Shown here: one piece after another, positions 50,699 through 64,000 of the stretch | Position numbering within the stretch: the first letter of the stretch is position 1 | Layout of the letters: the number at the start of each line of letters is the position of its first letter | NCBI RefSeq assembly: GCF_016432865.1 | Contig: NC_067398.1 | Span: forward strand, 652,860,001-652,924,000 | Reading direction: 5' to 3' | DNA length: 64,000 nt | Origin: Antechinus flavipes | Lineage: Eukaryota | Made by a program: the position numbers and the translations under genes | Notes under the pieces: model-generated | The model's input: only the letters and a program-made list of their open reading frames with translations | Database searches by the model: none | Told to the model about the DNA's origin: nothing

Positions 50699-50830
50699 CG
50701 CAACCCAGGCAACTGCTTCCGCTTCCGGCGGCCGTAAAGCGCTGACAAGCGGTGTCGTGCTGCGGGCGCAGGGAGACAGGAGATACTGCGGCTAAGGCCT
50801 GGGGCGTCTGGAGTGAGGGTCAGGAACTGG
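50699..50830. promoter_or_regulatory. Duplicated bidirectional promoter (FBXL12 pseudogene / UBL5-B)
   Basis: Tandem CTTCCGCTTCCGG and GGCCGTAAAG conserved with 41096-41140; CpG-rich. Confidence 0.6.
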
Positions 50831-51109
50831 GGCGGGGGAACCGCGCGTGTCTAGAGTGAGAACCTGGGATTGTCAAGTCCCCAAGCTCAGTGATGGGCAG
50901 GCCGGGGGTGTCCGGGGAGAGGGCCAGGGGCTGCCTCGGGAAGCCGGGGCTAAGGCTGCCGGGGGGGTCGCTGGTGTTCTGGGTACCGGCACTGCCTGGG
51001 AAGGTGGAATGACTAGATTTGGCAGCCAAAGTTGGCCAGGAGGCCGCGGGGGGCTTGGAGGAAAGGACCCAACCTCAGACTGATCAGATCCTTTGTCATC
51101 CCCAGAGCC

Positions 51110-51784
51110 ATGATCGAGGTTGTGTGTAACGACCGGCTGGGCAAGAAGGTCCGTGTGAAGTGCAAGTATCCTATTGGTGGGAGGCGGGATGGGGATGGGC
51201 TCGGCTGCTCCGCTTTCTTTTTGCCTTAACTAACGCCCCAGCACCGACGACTCCATAGGAGACCTGAAGAAACTGATTGCGGCGCAGACGGGCACCCGTT
51301 GGAACAAGATTGTACTGAAGAAATGGTGAGTGCGGGATCCCCGAGTGGGCAGCGGCGGGTTCAGGGGCCGTGCTGCACCGTGATCCCCATCTCTGGTAAA
51401 AGGCTGATGATGGGGCTGCCCTAGCCTGGATAAGCTAATCTCAAGCTTCCTGAGAGAGGGGACCCGTTCGCAGAACCAGCCTTCTCTCTATCCCAGGTAC
51501 ACAATCTTCAAGGATCACGTGACCCTGGGGGACTGTATCCTTTGACAATTCTTGAGGGACTCCTAGCTTTCAAGGTAGTCCCTGTGCAGCTCCAACCCCC
51601 ACTCCCCAAGCCCGAAGAACATAAAGAGCTTAATTCTAGGTGGGGATTAGGGGAAGAGTCTGGCCTCTGCTGGGGCGGGGAGGAGTGTGTTGGGGAGGCC
51701 AACGGTCCTGCTGTTCAGATTCTCTGACTTAGACTCTCAGATGAGATCCACGATGGAATGAACCTGGAACTTTATTACCAGTAG
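51110..51784 (+). CDS. UBL5: Ubiquitin-like protein 5 (Hub1), copy B, 73 aa (T23S and S57T relative to copy A); exons 51110-51165, 51242-51325, 51497-51534, 51741-51784
   Basis: Intact 222-nt spliced ORF, all splice sites conserved, AATAAA at 51836-51841. Confidence 0.93.
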
Positions 51785-52677
51785 GGACACACCCCATCAC
51801 CAAAATCTGCACTTTTCTTCCCTTTTTAAAAGCTTAATAAACTAACTTTGATGCTGGAGTTGTTCTGTTTTGGTCTTGTTTTTGGTCTTTGGTTATTGTG
51901 AGGCTGGAGTGGAGAGGAAGTAATGAGACACAGTAGAATCTTGTTTACAAGGTTTAATAGGGGACATCTGGACAGCCAGGGAATAAGAACAAGAACTATA
52001 CAACTGCCTTGCATTGGCCTTAAAGCTGAGGATTTTGATTTTTCTTTAACTAAACAAAGCAATGCAGCAGAAACAGCAATTTAGTCTCCCTCCAAGATGC
52101 TCTGGCTGCAATTGGAGTTCAGATAACCCAGGCCCTTTCCTCCTCCCAGCTGAGGTCCCCACGAATTTTTCAAGTGTTTTCCTTCCAGCTACTGACCCAT
52201 AATTCTTTAAAATGCAGAAGGCAGGATCAGATTGAATGGAAGCCCAAGTGGCTGTTAGGTAGAGCTGGGTGGGGGCCATTGTTGGCCAGAGTGGAGTGAT
52301 TTGACTGGGGCCCTCAGGCAGTGGGGGGCAGGAGAGTGAGGAGGCTTAGACCAGGGCTCATCCTCACCCCATCACTGCCTCTGAGAGTCTGGGGACAATA
52401 AATATTGTATATTTTCAGTTGGGCCAGGGACACCCAACAACACTAGGGGTTCCAGCACTGACCTTTCAGAGGGAGGAACCATCAAGACTGAAACAAAATG
52501 GAAAAGATGCCCCCAAACAGGAAGTGAAGGGTTCCCCCACCCTGATCTACCCCCCACCCCATGCCTTGGGGCCACCTCAGCTCTTAGAGGCAGCTGTAGA
52601 CTGGATGGAGAGAGTCTGGGGGCAGGTAGAACAGAGGTCAGTCTTCCTCTGCCCTTGATCCCCAACCCAAGGCACTC

Positions 52678-54602
<1,925 letters not shown>

Positions 54603-55299
54603 CTGTGGACATAGAAAGCAAATTAGCCAAGAACAACAACCCAAAAAAAAAAAAAAAAAAAAAAAAAGGAGCAAGAATGTAGCAAGTGGGGGCAGGGTAA
54701 AGCATGCTTTGACACAAGAGAAGGCTAACTGACAACAGATGTTCTTTAAGGGAGGAGGTTTTGGGGAGGAAGATTTTTTTGAAAAATAATAGTTGCTCTG
54801 GAGGTCCAGATATGGCCAGCTGATGGATGGGAAAACAGGGCTGGATAAGAAGTGAGTCCAGTTCCTCCAAGTTTCTGGTAGAGGAGAATGGATATTAAAT
54901 AAGTCAAATGAACAGTATCTAGAAAGGGAGATAAAAAAGGAGGGAGGTCAGGAGGCTTGGGCATAGTTCCAACTCTGTCACTAACTTACTGTGTGACCTT
55001 GAGGAATTCTAATTATATAATTATATAATGAAAAAGAGTTAGACTATCCAATCCTCTCATTTTATAAAGATAATTATAATAGCTAACATTTATATAATGC
55101 TGTTTGGCAATGCAGTCAAATTCAAAGGAACAGACTCTTAAAGCCACATATTGACTGAGAAAACCACAGATTAACATTATTTGTGTTGAAGTGTATTTTT
55201 ATTTTGTTAAACATTCTTCAATTATATTTTCATCCGGTTTGGGTCTCACTTGGGGAATTCTGTGGGCTGCATCAAGTTGAAACCTTTCTGTTTTGGAAT

Positions 55300-55510
55300 T
55301 TACAAAATGCTTTTACATATATTATCTCATTTGATCCTCACAGCAACTCTGCATGGTAGGTGCAATTATTATCCTCATTTTACAGATGAGGAAACTGAAG
55401 TTGAAAGTCATCAAACTAACTAGCCCAGGGTCACAAAGCTAGAAGTATTTGAGGTAAGATTTGAACTTAGTTCCAAGAACAGTACTCTATCCACTATGAA
55501 ACCTAGCTGT
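55300..55510 (-). mobile_element. MIR SINE
   Basis: MIR core: cctcattttacagatgaggaaactgaag...cccagggtcacaaagctag...atttgaactta. Confidence 0.7.
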
Positions 55511-58289
55511 CTATTAAAGGGAACTAGCAGAGAGTTAGTAATTTTCAAGGTCACACAGCCATTAGGCAATTGGGAGACCTAATTTCACTGAGGCTTGATC
55601 TAGTAGAATATATGTTCCCTGAGGGCAGGAACTATTTATGTATCTCCAGGACCACAGTATCTTGCACATACTGAGGGCTTAATATATATTTGCTGAATTG
55701 ATTGATAAGTCTTTTCATCTGTAAAATTAAGGTAAAAGACTATCCCGATGGGTCCCTGGGAGGCCAAAACAATACTTGAAATCTTTGTAAAGTACAAAAC
55801 TCCATGAGGACATCTCTTAAAACTAATACTGCCCCTCAGGGTGCTTTCTTTCCATTGCCTTGGCAAGAAGTTCTTAGCTATATTCAATGTAAAGAATGTA
55901 TCAGTCTCACACTACGAGTAGACTAGAAGACTCAAGAGTCCTGTTTCTCAGTTTGTTCACATTGCCCACTCCCTCCCTTCACCTCCATCTCTAGTAATGA
56001 AAATTACCATTCCTAGTAATGATATTCTGAATTTATCCATTGAACCTGACCCCTCTGGGAAGATAAGGAAGGTGGGCCAGCAAAGAAGATTAATGGAGAG
56101 AATGGGAAATTATGGCTTGGGAAGAGGAATGGGGCACAAGTGCGTCAGGATACAGTGGTGATAGTGCTGTTGACCATTCATGTGAATCACACTTCCAAGG
56201 AAGCATCTCAGTCTAGTTTGAAACAGGCAGAAGGAGAGGAGAGGCAACTCTATACTTTGCTGTTTGGTGGGACATATCTAAGTACCTCCTTGTCAGAGAT
56301 GCCTTTCCTGAAGGCAAAAAGAACTGACCAATTAGATTTTCTTCTAAAATGTAAATAAACATCTGAGACACATTAAGACTCACATATATTCATCCCTGTG
56401 TCCTACAACAGAGAAGATTTGTGGGGAAGAATATTGATTTAAAACAAAAAGCTGAGCTTATTAGAAGCCACAACAAGGGAAGGGACAAGACAGCTCAGAT
56501 GCAGCTCCATTTTAATGCCAATCAATACCAGCTAACTTGGGGAGTCAGTCGTTTTTAGCTCCCAGTGCAGGGGATATGTATCTCCATATCTCCAAAACTT
56601 TTACTGACAGGCCTCACATCTGCATCATCTCAAAGTTACTCCTTCAAAATCAGTTCCATTCCAAGGTAGGATATCTCTGTCTGAACTTGGTGATAATTCT
56701 TTTAACTTGGAAAATAAAAATAAAAACACATAGAAATAAGAGATCAGCTTAAAAACTGAATAAAAACAGTTCATTTTGATTCTAGTCTTTCCTTTATATG
56801 GCTCCCATTTTAATTCAACAACACATAGTCTTCTCTTGAAAAGTAAAAGTATTTCTTAGGAGATATGTCTCTTTGGGAAAGCTCTGAGATTATTTTTCCC
56901 TCTAGTTTATAAATCACTTCCTTCAAGATCCTTAATTAGAGTTGACTTCTAGATGGTTTGGATATTGCCAGGGTGCCAGGAATACATATTTTTAATTCTG
57001 GCAGGTGATAGTTAAAGTCAGGGCAATCAACTTCCTGTACTTTCTCAGACCCCAAAGAAGGTCTCTACCACTGCCACACCTTAATGCCTTACCCTAGAGA
57101 GTAAGATAATTTCAGGTTAATCCCACTTCTTTTTGGAGACTCATCCACCCAATGTACCAACAGATAAATCTCCTCAAATGACTCCACCAATGTGAACTAT
57201 AGCACCTCCTGGGAAGAGAAGGGTAGCAGAAATCTTTACCAGATGGATTGTAGCTTAATGCCTGGGACTGGGCAATACCATACTCTGGTATTACACTGTG
57301 AAAGCTCATCCTATGAACAGCAATAAAATTAATGCAAAGGGGATAAGGCTGTCTTTAGAGTAGAAGATAGAAATGAAACTACTGCCAGAGAGGAAGGGGA
57401 GATTTGGAGACCCTCAAATCCTTTAGAGTCTCTAAACCAGGCAAATCTGTTCAATCCCCAGAACCAAGAAAATACATATCCCTGCACCCACAAGGAGAGG
57501 GCACTGGCAGTGGATTCTTAGACAACTCTATTAATAAAAAGCAGTCTCAAACCAGGACATGAATCACCAATGGCTTTTGTCCAGAACATCACAGTTGGGA
57601 GGTCAAAGAAAGAACCAAGGAAAATGGTAGCATCAATTTTCCAGGCCTAGGCTATTCCCCTTGAGAAAGGAGGAGAGGGATAAATGAATAATATCAAGAG
57701 TCAATGGGATCTCTAAACCCAAGTTTAATCAAGGCACACCAGTTGTATAGGAAAGAGGACAAATCCAGAAACCAATTAGGACGGAATGATATGCATAACT
57801 AACATTCTTCAGGGCTTTAAATTTTTTCCATTATCAACATCTCTAGGACAACTAAATGAGATCAAAGTATAGGTATTATCTCTAATTCCTAAATAAGGGG
57901 ACTAAGGAGTAGAGACATTCAGTGATTTGTTCAAGTTACGCATCTAAGTTGAACCACAATTAAAACTCAGTTCTCCTGATTCTGAACACAGGGTTCTGAA
58001 TCTACAATTCTTTTAGGACCCTTTCTGGGAGATCTAAACTAAACCACAGGAATTCCACAACCTTCTTAAGGGGACCTAATCTCATAGCCCAAGTCCCAAT
58101 GTTATTGGGTCTCTTCTATTTGGGAGAAGTCAAGGGGAAGGACCTTAAAGTGATCCAAAGGGCTGATAGAACTAGTCATAGGTGGGACACACCAATAGAA
58201 AAGAAAGAGATTGGCTCTTATCTCCAAGACAGACAGGGCTATAAAGCTAGCTTCCTAGGTTAGGAGTTAGCATTTAATCTGGGAAGTGA

Positions 58290-58770
58290 CTTTGCCGTGG
58301 TCTGATCTTGCCGAGTACTGTGTTCAGTTCTGGATACCATACTTTAGGAAAGACAGACAAGCTGCAACAGGTCCAGAACAGGGTAGCCAGGATCAAAAGA
58401 ATTCTAGATAACATGCTATATCAGGACCACTGGAAGGAATTAGAATAAAGTAAGCTGGAGGAAAGAAGAGTTAGAAAGGACCTGAAAGAGGTCTTCACGA
58501 ATCTGAAAATCTATTAAGTGGAAGAGAAGTTGGATTACCTGGCTCCAATGGAAAGAACTAGGGGCAACATGTGAAAGTTGTAGAGGCAAATTTAGGCTCC
58601 ATGTAATTAGAAACTTCCAAACAATCAGAACTGTCCCAAAATATAATGGACCTAATTGAGAGGAAGTAGGTTCCTCCATCAATGGAGGTTTTCAAGTAAA
58701 GGTTGGATGACCTCTTATGGGAAGACTGTAAAAAGGATTGGCTCAGATGGTCCCTGAAGACCCTCTTTAA
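58290..58770 (+). mobile_element. CR1/L3 LINE 3' fragment
   Basis: gagtactgtgttcagttctggataccatactttaggaaagac...gaggttttcaagtaaaggttggatgac, typical of the L3 3' end. Confidence 0.65.
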
Positions 58771-59899
58771 AACCTGTATAACCCAATCAAATTGGCCTGC
58801 CTGCTCCTCATAATCTGCCTTCCACTTCTGCATTCTTGCCTATGCTCTGGCTAACCACTATACCTAGAAAGTGCTCCCTCTTTATCTTGACCACTTAGAA
58901 TCCATAGGCTCAAGGATCAGTTCAAGCACTACATTCTACATGCTTTTATAGTTGAATTTTGTTTTTAAAAAATTAACAAGCATGTGTTTTTTTCTACTTT
59001 TCACCTACCTCCTTCTCCCACCCAGTAAGAAAGAAAAAAAATACAACTTTTGTAATAAGAATGCATAGTAAAATAAATTTCTACACTGGCCATATCCAAA
59101 AATATATGTCTCATTCTGTCTGTAGTTAATCTCTTTTACATGAAACTTTTCTGGATCCCCAAGTTGCTAGTATTCTCCCTAAGTCACTTTGTATCCATTT
59201 TGTATAAATGAAATGTTTATGTTGTTTCTCAAAACGTACATAAACTTTGAGAAGACAGGGATTGTTTCAATTGTTGGTTTTGTAGCCCTAATATCAAGTA
59301 TTCTCCACAAAGTAGATGATTAATAAATGCCTTTTGATTAATTAATTGGGATCTTCCAGATGGGAAGAACTAACACTTGTATTTAGCTACAGAATTAAAG
59401 AGGATGAATTATAGACCATGGATTTATCATTTTCATGTAATTTTTATTTTTGAACAATTGCACATATTCCATGCCTGAGACTTTTGTCATATGTCCTCAT
59501 AGTTCTAACAGGAAGTTTTTGATCCTACTTCCAATGGGAAGTGGTGCCTGGGGCTCCACTCTGGAGATACCTCCTGCAACACGACATTTTCTTATTCTTT
59601 AGAGAACACAATGTTCCCGCACTGGTGCTATAGCCCCTCATGTCTCTGCAGAAGGAAAAGAGTTGAACTACAAAATGTTCAGCCCTGGAAGATAGCAAGA
59701 AAATGACACTAAACTAGAAGACAGCTAAGACATAGCTTTGCGCATTTTCAGCCAGAGGTCTTTGGACAAATATGTTTGCTCATCTATAGAATTAGGAAAA
59801 TGTCACTTGTAAGATGGAAGCCTCTGTATGAAAGCACATGTCACTCCAACATGTCACAGAGCACCTTAGGCCTCTGTAACCTAGAAGTTTCTCCTTTAA

Positions 59900-62800
59900 A
59901 CATCTCTGCTTGCTCAAGATTTTCCTTCCCTCAAGGATAACCCAGCTATTCAGCAGCTGAGTCACCACCATTTTGTCTCCCTAATCTAGGTCATCCAGAG
60001 ACAGTGTCCAATTTATGGGCTTCATCTCCTCTATACTCTCATTCCTCTCCAGTCTACCCTAATCTCTCTTCTAATTCCAATAACCTTTCCTTCCCTACTG
60101 CCCTTACAGTATTAGTTCTTTTGTCTAACTCCTCTTCATCTTTTAACTCTTCCCCTTATATTGTTCTCTCTTTTTACGTTAATTAAAGTCTGGTTTTGTG
60201 CTGAGAACTACAAATCACTGGCTGATCTTTCCAATCTTGACCACTCTTGTTCCCTCTCACTCATTCCCCTACCTCATTGGGTTTGGAGCTTGTCAGTTTA
60301 CTCCTTGTTCCCCGATGCCACTTCCAGACCCCTTTTCTCTCTCAAGTACCTTTCCTCATAACTACTTAATACCTATTTGCTGAATTGTTCTGAGATTGGA
60401 CTAGATATTCTCTAAGGATTCTTCCACATCTAACATGAACTTATTCCAAGAACTGGCCAAGTCAGTCAATCAACAAGTATTTATTAAGTGTCTACTATGA
60501 ACTCAAGAAGTATTCAAAACATCCAAATTCACAATCCTTCCCTCTTCCTGCCTTACATGCCTGCTCTTTGATATCCTCATTCACTCCCAAAATTTCTACT
60601 ATCATCTCAAGTCAGTGGAGAGCCAAATATTTCTTTGTAGCTTTAACTAATCTCCTGTATTCCAGGCCCTCATTTCCAGCTGTGTGCTACATGTTTCTAT
60701 TTAGATGACCCCAAGCATTTTAAATTCACTATGTCTGAAACCAGATTCATTGGCTTCCTTCTTCCTGACTACTTTTTCTTCCAAAGCCACTCAGGCTTGA
60801 AACATTTCTTTTACTTTCTCTTGACCCTATAAATATACAGTCATTAATTCAGTGCCTAGAGTGGATGGGATGATGATAACTGAGAAAAGAGAGAAAGCAA
60901 AACATCTTCTAGTTTTTCTTTTCCAATGTTCTTTGGCTCTACTACACTTCACTCACAATCATAGACCTCATCATCGCTTGGAATTGCTTTTCTTCTAAGA
61001 TTCTGAAACTTCATTCTCTGCAGAGAACTTCTGTTATCCCTCAATTTATCTTCCTCCCTTTGTTCTCATCTTGACTTCCAGTGCCGAGTCAAATCTCTTT
61101 TTTCTCTCTCAGTCCTCTGGCATTGATATGTAGAATGGATTGGAGGGGAAAAGAACTAGAAGTAGGGAAGTAGGGAAATACGTTATTTCATTTGCCTCCC
61201 CATGCATACTGGACCCCACAGTCAGTCACTGCAACAATGTGCCCACCCACTAGTCCTACAATCCTTTCCCTGCCTTGTCCATCCACCATACCTGCTTTGT
61301 TGATTCTCAATCCTGGATAAACCCCACCATCCTCCTCTGCTCTTCCAGGGCTGCAATGTGCTGCTAAAGCAAGCCACAAATTATGCCAAGCATACCATAA
61401 ATTCAGCTCAATGCCCCTAGGCAATCCTTTTATTTCTAGTTTATTAACTCTTTATCATACTCACCTTACTGACTGTTCCAAATCTCTTTGATTATTAAGC
61501 TTCCATCTTAAATTTTGACTCTTACCTTTATCTTTTTACCAAAAATACTATAGTAACACAGCTGGATGCCCTTCAATTCTCTACCTCGCAACTTCTCCAT
61601 CTTCACCCATCTTCTCCTCCTTCCTTACCAACTGAGAGGATAAAGGAGCCCTTCTTCAATCAATTCAAATTCACAAACATTTATAAGCTGTCTACAAAGC
61701 ATTGTTACATGATGGGGATGTGAATATAAAAATGGTAACATAACAAGGTGGTACTTACTAGGGTGGAACAAGTGTGACATACATGTTCACAAATGGTCAT
61801 AATCAAAGGTGGGATGTGATGGGAGCAAAAGAGAGGTCAAGTGTTCCAGGGAAATTGAAGGTGAGGAAAAAAAATTTCAGTTGGGGGTACTGGGGAAGAT
61901 TCTATGGAGAGTGAGAAGAATTCAGACAGATAAGATGAGGCGTCTATCCTAGGCAAAGGGAATGCCCCATAAAAATACATGGAGTTGGGAAATATGTGGA
62001 GATTGGAAAAGCAAATTAAGAGTTCAGTTTAGCAGGAATGTGGAATATATGAAAGGGAGTATTGTGAAATTAATCTGAAAAGGTAGAAAGGGATCAGAAA
62101 AATTAGGGAACACTTTAAGAATTTGCATGATGTCCTCCTAACAAATGTTAATGCTATGTCCTTGGTCCTATTTCCTCCCATTTCTACCAGAACCTCATTC
62201 CATCAATCATTAGCTCTCTTTCTTTCATTTTTAGTCATTTCCTCCCCACTTCCTTTTTCCACATTCATGTGTTCAAAAGTCTCCTCTATTACAATATAAT
62301 GTTCCCTCTGCCCTGATATCCCAGTGAAGGAATTGTACTCACCATTATTCAACAAATATTCCTTAGGGACTTACTATGTTTAAAGCACTGTGCTAGGCAA
62401 CCTACAAAGTTTACTTAAGTAACAGTGCCTGCCCTCTTAGAACTTATAGCCACTAGGAGACATACATATAGCCATAAAAATACTATTACATAAGGATTGG
62501 AAAGGACCTGAGGAGTTGATGTCATTGTTAAGTAGAGATATAGTAGAAACTAGCATTCTATATTTTTCTTATCACCCAAAGTTCTAAGAAAGGCCATCTA
62601 CAATAATCACCTTCACTTCCTATCTTCTCAGTCACCTGCTTAGACCTTGTTACCTGGCTCCAACCTCATCGTTTGATTGAAACTGCTCCCTCCAAAGCTC
62701 ATAGTTTTTTCTTCATCTTTATCCTGCCTTTTGTAGCCTTTAACATTGTTGATTACCCTTTTTTCCAGGTTTTTTTTTGGGGGGATACTATCCTCTCCTG

Positions 62801-64000
62801 CTTCTTCTATCTATTTGAACTCCTTTCTCAAACTCCCTTGCTGGATCTTTATCCACATCACACCTGCTAACTATGGGTATTCCATAGGCCTCTATTCTTG
62901 GACATTTTCTCTTTTTCTTTATAGTGTTTCACTTGGTGATCTCATCAACTTCCATAGATTCAATTATCATATTACACTAAGGATTCTCAAATTTAGTGAT
63001 ATTACCCTAAGTTCTCTGCTGACCTCCAACTCTCTCATCTTCAACTGCCTATTAGAATTAGAATTAGTAGATGTCCTATAGACATCAAAATTAAACTTTT
63101 ATCTTTTCAAAGTTCTCTAGTACTGTTGAGGACATGATTCTCCCAGTCACTCAGGTTTGCCATCTAGTTGTTATCCTAGACTTCTCACTTTCTCTAACTT
63201 CCCATATCCAATCTGTTGCCAAGCCTATGGAGATGACCTTCATAACTATTTTTGCATGTGCCTCCTTCTGTATAGATCCTCATCACCTTATGTCTGAACT
63301 ACAGAAATAATCTGTTGGTTGATATGCTTGCCTCAAGACTCTACTTGTCCATCCTCCACTCAACTCCCAGAAATCTTAAAATGTAGTCTGACCATGTCAT
63401 ATCTTCCCATCCCTCAATAAATTATAGTGTCTCCCTATCACCACCATATAAAATCCTGTTGGTGTTCAACGCCCTTCATAATCTACAGTCTCTCCCCCAC
63501 AATCCTCCAGTTTTCTGATACCTTTACACTTCCTACATGTTCTTCACTCCAATGACACTAGCCTCCCTGTTGTCCCTTACATAAGACACTCCATGAATTA
63601 AAAACATTGTTGAATAATATTTTCCCCAATTATATATAAAGACAATTTCTAACATTCTTTTTTTTTTTTTAGTTCCAAATTTTCTCCCTCCCTGTTTCAC
63701 CACCCCTCTCCCTGAGATGGTAAGCAATTCGATATAGGTTATACATGGGAAATCATGCAAAACATATTTCTATATTAGCTGTTATGAAAAAAGACACAGA
63801 CATCCTCCCAATCCCCCTCCTTCCCATACATACACAAATGAAAAATAGGATGCTTTGATCTGCATTAAAACTCCATCAGTTCGTTTGGACATGTATACTT
63901 ATATTGTATTTAATTTATACTTTAACATATTTAACATGTATTGGTCAACCTGCCATCTAGGGGAGGGGGTGGGAGGAAGGAGGGGAAAAATTGGAACAAA
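59900..64000. mobile_element. Mosaic of old L2/MIR fragments and L1 3' ends in the PIN1 intron
   Basis: L2-like pyrimidine-rich blocks and L1 3' ends (about 63580-64000); individual boundaries not resolved. Confidence 0.45.

Noticed and set aside
55000-64000. Search for PIN1 exon 2 (WW domain end / SHLLVKH) or a nested gene
   Set aside because: No matching frame found; the short ORFs here fall in L2, MIR, CR1 and L1 debris.

Overview
Eukaryotic, gene-dense mammalian genomic DNA, most likely from a marsupial (probably a dasyurid; inferred from WSINE1-like and MAR1-like SINEs and marsupial-type L1 3' ends). Gene order: PBX4 (exon 1 only, -), LPAR2 (-), GMIP (-), ATP13A1 (-, 26 coding exons), CHCHD5 (+, head-to-head with ATP13A1), FBXL12 (-), UBL5 copy A (+), a decayed orphan PIN1 last exon, an FBXL12 pseudogene (-), UBL5 copy B (+), and PIN1 exons 3-4 (-; exons 1-2 not found in the window). 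Gene models were built by hand from splice signals and reading-frame continuity. Orthologue names, human residues and human gene positions come from recalled sequences, not from a database search. Main observations: (1) two unexpected upstream GMIP exons that splice in frame and appear to encode the N-terminal helical domain of the paralogues ARHGAP29/ARHGAP45, alongside a human-like short first exon; (2) an old tandem duplication of FBXL12-UBL5-PIN1(3') with reciprocal decay that left two intact UBL5 genes, each with two U12-type introns; (3) an ATP13A1-CHCHD5-FBXL12 adjacency that is broken up in human. No prokaryotic-type system (CRISPR, operons) is present.
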